From a virus (Duplodnaviria; Caudoviricetes): DNA of 31,947 bases. The position numbers and the translations under genes were made by a program. The DNA is taken from positions 1-31,947 of IMG/VR virus record IMGVR_UViG_3300044724_007351. The stretch is one strand, 5' to 3'. Below, piece by piece: positions 26,231 to 31,947 of the stretch (the stretch's first letter is position 1; the number at the start of each line of letters is the position of its first letter). The notes beneath the pieces were generated by a model. That model was not told where the DNA came from and did no database searches. It saw nothing but the letters and a program-made list of their open reading frames with translations.

Positions 26231-26342
26231 AGACCTCCGAAGGATCCGATACAAACTACTGTTCTCAGATAGCTCCAAAGAGCAACGTGATGCAGTACGT
26301 GCAAGGCTTTATGAATTAACGAATCACAACGGTTTCCTATGA
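26217..26342 (+). CDS. Small hypothetical protein (41 aa)
   Basis: 3' end of ORF 25809-26342; fills the gap between NinG and methyltransferase with ATGA overlap. Confidence 0.5.
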   Translation: MKDVEDLRRIRYKLLFSDSSKEQRDAVRARLYELTNHNGFL

Positions 26343-26971
26343 ACGACGCTTGGGCATTAGCCAGACAGGTAATTGAATGGATGTACGCAAACGTACCTCG
26401 TGAAGCCACCGTGCTTGAACTCGGCGGTGGAAGAGGCTCGAAGCGTATCTCTCGGCACTTCAGAAACACCACTACGGTGGAACATGATCCTGTGTGGGTT
26501 GGTTTCCTGCTACGGCAAGGAGTTCCTACCCTGCACCGCCCTCTCGTGGATGGTTGGTACGAGGCGGATCCATTGCTCATTGAACTCTTATCCGAGGCAG
26601 ATGTAGTAGTAGTAGATGGTCCTATCGGCTCGCTACGGAACAACATTGAGCCGTACCTGAAGCACATTAAAGCAGGAGCCACCGTTGTGTTTGATGACAC
26701 ACACAGAGCCAAGACAAGAGCATTGGTGCGTTGGCCTATCACGCACGAAATCTATTCGGATCGAAGGCGAACAACAATATGCAAATGCACTAACGATGGC
26801 ACAGATACCGACAAAGGGAAAGCCAGCACCGTGGATAGCAAGGCTAACGGAAGCAGCAAAAGAAAGCGTAAACAAGCAGTACGAAAGCCCAAAGTGGAGA
26901 AGGTACAGAAAGTGGTTCCTGACAAGAAACCCGTTGTGCGTAAGGTGCGAAAGAGCAGCGACGGTGGTTGA
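26339..26971 (+). CDS. Class I SAM-dependent methyltransferase (non-DNA type)
   Basis: VLELGGGRGS, TVEHD..W, VVVDGP, VVFDD. Confidence 0.75.
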   Translation: MNDAWALARQVIEWMYANVPREATVLELGGGRGSKRISRHFRNTTTVEHDPVWVGFLLRQGVPTLHRPLVDGWYEADPLLIELLSEADVVVVDGPIGSLRNNIEPYLKHIKAGATVVFDDTHRAKTRALVRWPITHEIYSDRRRTTICKCTNDGTDTDKGKASTVDSKANGSSKRKRKQAVRKPKVEKVQKVVPDKKPVVRKVRKSSDGG

Positions 26972-27077
26972 TCATATTGTTCCTGCATTAGCGAATCCTT
27001 CTCTGTTCTGGAATAGTAATAATCATCAGCCGATGTGCGCTACTTGTCACAACGTTAAGAGAGCGAAAGAGGACTGA
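26796..27077 (+). CDS. HNH endonuclease (HK97 gp74-like terminase accessory)
   Basis: W...R...L..NPLC..C, VVDHI.P, N.Q.MC..CH..K; upstream of terminase. Confidence 0.9.
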   Translation: MAQIPTKGKPAPWIARLTEAAKESVNKQYESPKWRRYRKWFLTRNPLCVRCERAATVVDHIVPALANPSLFWNSNNHQPMCATCHNVKRAKED

Positions 27078-27206
27078 TTCGAACGTAACTCACTGAGGCA
27101 TAGGGGGTTCTGAAAAAGAAAACCGACTTCTCGAATTTTCGCCTTAGCTTTCTTTTTGTCAAATCGATGAAAACCAAAAGGGGTCAAAGTACAGATAACA
27201 CAGATA
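27078..27206. other. Probable cos packaging region
   Basis: Only non-coding gap between HNH and TerS; G-run followed by AAAACCG as in HK97-like cos phages; position by analogy. Confidence 0.5.
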
Positions 27207-27542
27207 ATGGAAGACGAAACAAAACCATATATGTCACCGGAACAACGCGCCAAATACGACGAGTTGGTGAATGATTGGTCGCGTTACAAGGAGTTGAAGC
27301 AAACCGATTTAGCTAGGATCGAAATCATGGCCTGTGTGGCTGTTGAACTCAATAAGTTGCAAGTGTTTATCAATGCAAGCGGACCCACATACAAGGTGGT
27401 AGGAAAGAGTGGTGATGTGTACAGCAGGACGCGCCCTGAGTATTCACAATTGCAAGAACTACGGCAAAGGATGTCGGTACTGATTGACAGGCTACAAGAA
27501 AATGCAACAACCGATTTTGGATTCGATTTCGTTACCGATTAA
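27207..27542 (+). CDS. terS: Terminase small subunit (P27 family-like)
   Basis: D...I...A, G.TY...G..G....RP pattern; directly before TerL. Confidence 0.75.
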   Translation: MEDETKPYMSPEQRAKYDELVNDWSRYKELKQTDLARIEIMACVAVELNKLQVFINASGPTYKVVGKSGDVYSRTRPEYSQLQELRQRMSVLIDRLQENATTDFGFDFVTD

Positions 27543-29079
27543 CCACGCTGAAGGTGATTACTTTGACGAAGCATCGGCTGAACGCGTTGTCAAGTTTATA
27601 GAGAAATACTGTTCCCACGTAAAAGGATCCTCAGGTGCATTTCTGCTCGAAGATTGGCAGAAACACGACATCATCTATCCTTTGTTTGGTTGGAAACGTG
27701 CCGACGGCAAAAGGAAATACAGGACGTGCTATGTCGAGATACCAAGGAAGAACGGCAAGTCCAATCTTTCGGCGTGCATCGCTTTGTATATGTTGTTTGC
27801 TGATGGCGAAGTAGGTGCTGAAATCGTCTCTGCAGCAGGTGATAGGAATCAGGCTCGAATCGTCTACGACATCGCAGCCGGGATGGTTCACCAATCGAAA
27901 TCGCTTTCATCGGCTGCACGGGTGTACAACAGCGAAATCAAGTACAAAACAAGTTTCTACAAAAGCATTTCGGCAGAAGCACGTACAAAACACGGATTCA
28001 ACTGTTCTGCGGTAATCTTTGACGAGTTACATACACAGCCCGATTCCAACCTTTGGCAAGTATTGACAACTTCGATTGCCTCTCGTGAACAGCCACTAAT
28101 CGTTGCGCTAACCACAGCCGGGCACGATATGAATTCAATTTGTTACGAAGTCCACGAATATGCTTTGAAGGTTCGGCGTGGTGAGATTGAGGATCCAACA
28201 TTTCTACCAATAATCTACAACGCAAGTGAGGACGATGATTGGAAAGATGAAAACACGTGGAAAAAAGCCAACCCGGGCTTCGGCACCATTTGCAAAGCAG
28301 ATTACTTCAAACAGCAGGTTCTAGAAGCGGAAAACAGCCCGAGCAACGTATCCAAATTCAAAAGGTTGCATTTGAACATTTGGACTTCGCTTTCAGAAAC
28401 TTGGCTTGACGACGCGGACTTTATGAGAGGAAAGGATCCTCTACCGCCCGATGATTATTTGGCTACGTTGGACTGTTGGTGTGGTCTTGATTTGGCTGCA
28501 ACCCGTGATTTGACCGCTTTCGCAATGCTTTGGCGCGAATCCGACGATAGGTATTACTTGCGAGTACATCAATTCGTCAACGAAGAAAGAGCCCAACAGA
28601 AAAACGCCGACGGCGTTGATTACGAAGAGTTCGCTAGGAAAGGTGATGTCACAATCACGCCGGGCAACGTAACGAGTTTCCATCACGTCCGTGAATACAT
28701 CATAGCCCAACGAGAGAAGTTTCCAATCCAATCAATCGCGTTTGACCGGAAGTATTCGCCGTACATCGTAACGGAACTCGTTGATGCAGGTTTTGCTATG
28801 TCACCTTTCGGTCAAGGCTACTACGAAATGTCGTACCCAACAAAACGGGTTGAAATGGCAATGATTGAGGGCAAAATAATTCACGGTGGCAACTCGTGCC
28901 TTCGGTGGCAAATTGGATGCACGCGAATTGATAGGGATCCGGCAGACAATATCAAAGTAACCAAAAACAAAACGCGACAAGGCCAAATGGTCGATGGCGT
29001 AGTTGCTTCAATAATGGCGTTCGGTGAAATGCTGAAAGACACCGAAAATGAGGTTAGCCTAGAAGTGTTTACTTTGTAA
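27484..29079 (+). CDS. terL: Terminase large subunit
   Basis: Walker A IPRKNGKS, Walker B VIFDELH, TTAG, W.KANP, GLDLA...D, DG..A. Confidence 0.97.
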   Translation: MTGYKKMQQPILDSISLPINHAEGDYFDEASAERVVKFIEKYCSHVKGSSGAFLLEDWQKHDIIYPLFGWKRADGKRKYRTCYVEIPRKNGKSNLSACIALYMLFADGEVGAEIVSAAGDRNQARIVYDIAAGMVHQSKSLSSAARVYNSEIKYKTSFYKSISAEARTKHGFNCSAVIFDELHTQPDSNLWQVLTTSIASREQPLIVALTTAGHDMNSICYEVHEYALKVRRGEIEDPTFLPIIYNASEDDDWKDENTWKKANPGFGTICKADYFKQQVLEAENSPSNVSKFKRLHLNIWTSLSETWLDDADFMRGKDPLPPDDYLATLDCWCGLDLAATRDLTAFAMLWRESDDRYYLRVHQFVNEERAQQKNADGVDYEEFARKGDVTITPGNVTSFHHVREYIIAQREKFPIQSIAFDRKYSPYIVTELVDAGFAMSPFGQGYYEMSYPTKRVEMAMIEGKIIHGGNSCLRWQIGCTRIDRDPADNIKVTKNKTRQGQMVDGVVASIMAFGEMLKDTENEVSLEVFTL

Positions 29080-29087
29080 CCAAATTT

Positions 29088-30329
29088 TTGTTCATGGCAA
29101 ACGTATTTCAGCAAGCGTTGCAAGCAGCACGCGACGTATTCAGTCGTTCGAGGATCGGAAAGTACGATTCTCAAGAGGTGGAACGGTATCTCGGAATCAA
29201 CACACTCACGAACAGCGGATCCTACGTCAGCGAGCGAAATGCGATGGGAATCTCGGCAGTTTACGCCTGTGTTCAGCGGATTTCATCGTCATTAGCAGGG
29301 CTTCGGCTCGAAATCTACGAGAATCAAGGACGAAACATTGAAATAGCAAACCTTCACCCGTCCTACGATTTGGTACGGCGCAATCCTAACCGTGACCAGA
29401 CGAGTTTCGAGTTTTTCGAGAACCTCATCTCTCACGCCCTCATTCAGGGCGTTGGTAGGGCGATTATTCTGCGAAATAACCGTGGTGATGCTGTCGAAAT
29501 GTATGTTGTGCCCAAGGATGACGTAGACGAGCGTGAATACAAAGGAGAAAAGGTGTATTACGTCCAAGGACACGGAAACGTCTTTCCGATGGACATGCTC
29601 GAGATATGCAACCTCAACCGGATGTCACCAATTGCGTTGCACCGAGAAAACCTCGGTTTGACACAGGCTGCAATGGAATTCGGATCCAAATACTTTGGAA
29701 ACGGCGGTCAGATGTCGGGTATTATGTCGTCTGACGCTCCGTTACGCGCTGAACAAATGAAAGAAGTGATTCAGTCGTGGCGTAGTCAGGGCGAAGCAGG
29801 AACAAAGATCCTGTCACACGGCTTCAAGTACAATCGCGTTTCAATTTCTCCGGATGAGGCTCAATTCATTGATACTCGGAAGTTCCAAGCCGAAGAAATC
29901 GCACGAATTTTCGGCGTTCCGCCGGCTTTGATTTGGTTGGATACGCAAACAACCTACTCGAACACGGAGCAACAGGCCATTCAATTTACGCGCCACACTT
30001 TGACTCCGTGGGCTACTCGTTTGGAACAAGAAATGGATCGAAAACTCTTGAATTCAGGAAACAGGGCGAATATGTACTTCAAGTACCGAATGGACGACCT
30101 GCTCCGTGGTGATATGGCTGCACGATCCGCTTTCTACCGTGAAATGTTCAGTATTGGCGCGATTTCACCGAATGAAATACGTCACGCTGAAGACATGAAC
30201 CCAATTTCAGGAGGCGATACGTACGCAATTCAACTCAATCAAATTGACCTGAATCACTTCGGATCCTACTCCGAAAAAATCAGTCAACCCGTATCACCTA
30301 ACTTTGAAGAACAAAACGTTACGGAATGA
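29088..30329 (+). CDS. Portal protein, HK97 family
   Basis: AVYACV..IS, F.NG...SG, DEAQF..TR.FQ.EEIARIFGVP, SPNEIR..E...PI.GGD. Confidence 0.96.
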   Translation: MFMANVFQQALQAARDVFSRSRIGKYDSQEVERYLGINTLTNSGSYVSERNAMGISAVYACVQRISSSLAGLRLEIYENQGRNIEIANLHPSYDLVRRNPNRDQTSFEFFENLISHALIQGVGRAIILRNNRGDAVEMYVVPKDDVDEREYKGEKVYYVQGHGNVFPMDMLEICNLNRMSPIALHRENLGLTQAAMEFGSKYFGNGGQMSGIMSSDAPLRAEQMKEVIQSWRSQGEAGTKILSHGFKYNRVSISPDEAQFIDTRKFQAEEIARIFGVPPALIWLDTQTTYSNTEQQAIQFTRHTLTPWATRLEQEMDRKLLNSGNRANMYFKYRMDDLLRGDMAARSAFYREMFSIGAISPNEIRHAEDMNPISGGDTYAIQLNQIDLNHFGSYSEKISQPVSPNFEEQNVTE

Positions 30330-31947
30330 AATCAGAAGAAATACAAAAAAGGTTCGGTGAACACGCCGAAATCCTAACGGGCGAAATCCGAGCGTCAGAA
30401 GGTGCCGATATGGTTATTTCAGGCTATGCAGCCGTTTTCGAACAAGAAACCGATTTACACTTGTTTCGAGAGCAAATCAATCGAGGTGCATTTGATGACG
30501 TAATGGATAACGATGTTCGGTTGTTGGTCAACCACGAAGGCGTTCCTTTGGCGCGAACAACGAATGGAACATTGACACTTGAACAGGACGAACATGGACT
30601 CCGATACGAGGCTGTGTTAGCAGACACCCAACAAGGGCGCGATTTGTACAAAATGGTGAAACGCGGTGACATATCGCAATCGAGTTTCGCATTCACAATC
30701 GCAGAACAGGAATGGAGCGAAGACCGCACGTTGCGAAGCGTGGTGAAGGTAGGATCCTTACTCGATGTAAGTGCAGTCACGTACCCGGCCTACCCTCAAG
30801 CAAGTGTTTCGGCACGAAATCACGCTCAAGGGGCGCAAATTGCACAGGAAATTATTGAGGCATCGGCAGAGCCTCAGGTGGAAGAAATCACCGAACCAAT
30901 TGCCGAAGAAAATGAAAAACGTGAATCGCCTAAATTTGAGGCACCAAAACAGAAGAAAAACATGAATATCAACGACCTGAAAGGACAACGTGCTGCTTAC
31001 TACGAGGAGTTCGTTGCAATCGAAAAACATTGCGACTCTGAAGGTCGCGGTATGACTGAAGCCGAAAAGGAACGTGCAGACCGTTTGTACGAACTCATCG
31101 GCGAAATTGATGAAAAGATTCAGCACAAGCAGCGCGAGCAAGAGATGGTTGCTCGAATGGCTGCAGGTTTCAGCGCAAGCAAGGGCGAAGAAAAGGAGGC
31201 AAAGAGCATTCAGCACAAGTTCAGCCTTTCTCGAGCCATTTCTCAGGCAGTAGGCCGAGGCTTAGAAGGTGTTGAAGCCGAGTGGACGCAAGAAGGACAA
31301 CGCGAAATGCGCAACATGGGTTTGCAACCAAGCGGATCCATTTCAATTCCTTCAATCGCGTTCCGTGCCGGTTCTGCGGATGATTTCCAAGCCACACCAA
31401 CAGGTGACGGATCGGGTGCCGTAGCAACTGACGTTCCGTTCAGCGTTGCAGCATTGCGTGAGCCTACTTTCTTGCAAAACTTGGGCGTGCAAACGATCCA
31501 AGCGACAGGCAACTTGAAGTTTCCACGTATTGCAAACCCTGCACTCGCAGTTGAAAAGGCCGAGGTGACAGCATCTACTGCAGCAGGTTTGGAGTTGGAT
31601 GAAATCAATATGCAACCTCGCCGAGTTGCTACGAAAACTACGTATTCCAAGCAATTGATCCTTCAGGGAGGCGTGGCCATTGATCAACTCATCGCAAATG
31701 ACATTCGTCAGGAAATGGGCGAATTCATCGACCGAGAAGGTTTCAAAGAAATCCTCGGATCCTCAGAGGTTTCTGACCTGTCTACGGCAGGAACAGCTGC
31801 AGCGAACGTAACTACGTTAAACGCTGCATTGGCTATCAATTTGGAGAAGAAGGTCATCGAAGCCGGCGGATCCTTGGCAAACTGCCACTATGTAATGTCA
31901 CCCGGTGCCTACGCACTTGCAAAGACATTGCCATTGGTAAGCAACGT
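30326..31947 (+). CDS. Prohead protease (HK97/S78) in frame with major capsid protein; continues into 1-477 (about 632 aa total; not in ORF track)
   Basis: Own translation: ISGYAAVF, LLVNH, LART, SSFAF, VSAVTYPAY, acidic linker, then MNINDLK.. (ATG 30962) capsid; no stop codon between. Confidence 0.92.
   Translation, partial: MKSEEIQKRFGEHAEILTGEIRASEGADMVISGYAAVFEQETDLHLFREQINRGAFDDVMDNDVRLLVNHEGVPLARTTNGTLTLEQDEHGLRYEAVLADTQQGRDLYKMVKRGDISQSSFAFTIAEQEWSEDRTLRSVVKVGSLLDVSAVTYPAYPQASVSARNHAQGAQIAQEIIEASAEPQVEEITEPIAEENEKRESPKFEAPKQKKNMNINDLKGQRAAYYEEFVAIEKHCDSEGRGMTEAEKERADRLYELIGEIDEKIQHKQREQEMVARMAAGFSASKGEEKEAKSIQHKFSLSRAISQAVGRGLEGVEAEWTQEGQREMRNMGLQPSGSISIPSIAFRAGSADDFQATPTGDGSGAVATDVPFSVAALREPTFLQNLGVQTIQATGNLKFPRIANPALAVEKAEVTASTAAGLELDEINMQPRRVATKTTYSKQLILQGGVAIDQLIANDIRQEMGEFIDREGFKEILGSSEVSDLSTAGTAAANVTTLNAALAINLEKKVIEAGGSLANCHYVMSPGAYALAKTLPLVSN
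31748..31947. repeat. Terminal overlap copy 2
   Basis: Direct repeat of 1-200. Confidence 0.97.

Noticed and set aside
26796-26971. Lys-rich histone-like tail on the methyltransferase
   Set aside because: Coincides exactly with the overlap onto the HNH gene, so it is probably a by-product of that frame
31748-31947. 200-bp terminal repeat as a biological direct terminal repeat
   Set aside because: Round length, falls mid-capsid gene, and the HNH/P27/HK97 module implies cos ends near 27.1 kb; most likely a circular assembly overlap

Overview
Apparently complete, circular ~31.75 kb genome of a siphovirus-type tailed phage (bases 1-200 are repeated at 31748-31947, with a 2-nt mismatch). The host is probably Bacteroidota, inferred from promoter shape and A/C-rich leaders without Shine-Dalgarno sequences. 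It has an HK97-type head module (HNH, P27 TerS, TerL, portal, and a prohead protease in frame with the major capsid across the window ends). The tail module has a -1 frameshifted chaperone and an embedded glycosyltransferase. There is a lysis cassette, repeated terminator-promoter cassettes driving small early genes, a C5-methyltransferase-like gene, RecE/SSB, and a lambda-O-like initiator with 22-bp iterons. No integrase or DNA polymerase was recognised. Three features stand out. (1) A 7-deazaguanine DNA-modification operon lacking QueC: ParB-like, QueD paralog (DpdL-like), DpdA, QueD, QueE with a non-canonical Cys motif, a PRTase-FolE fusion and a mini-kinase. (2) An extreme genome-wide word bias: almost every GATC lies in GGATC/GATCC, with about 55 GGATCC by hand count, and CCAG/CTGG is depleted. 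(3) A three-way-junction RNA at 534-600 whose loop matches the (AAAC)n leaders of the early genes. All protein calls come from motif recognition by eye and all counts are manual.
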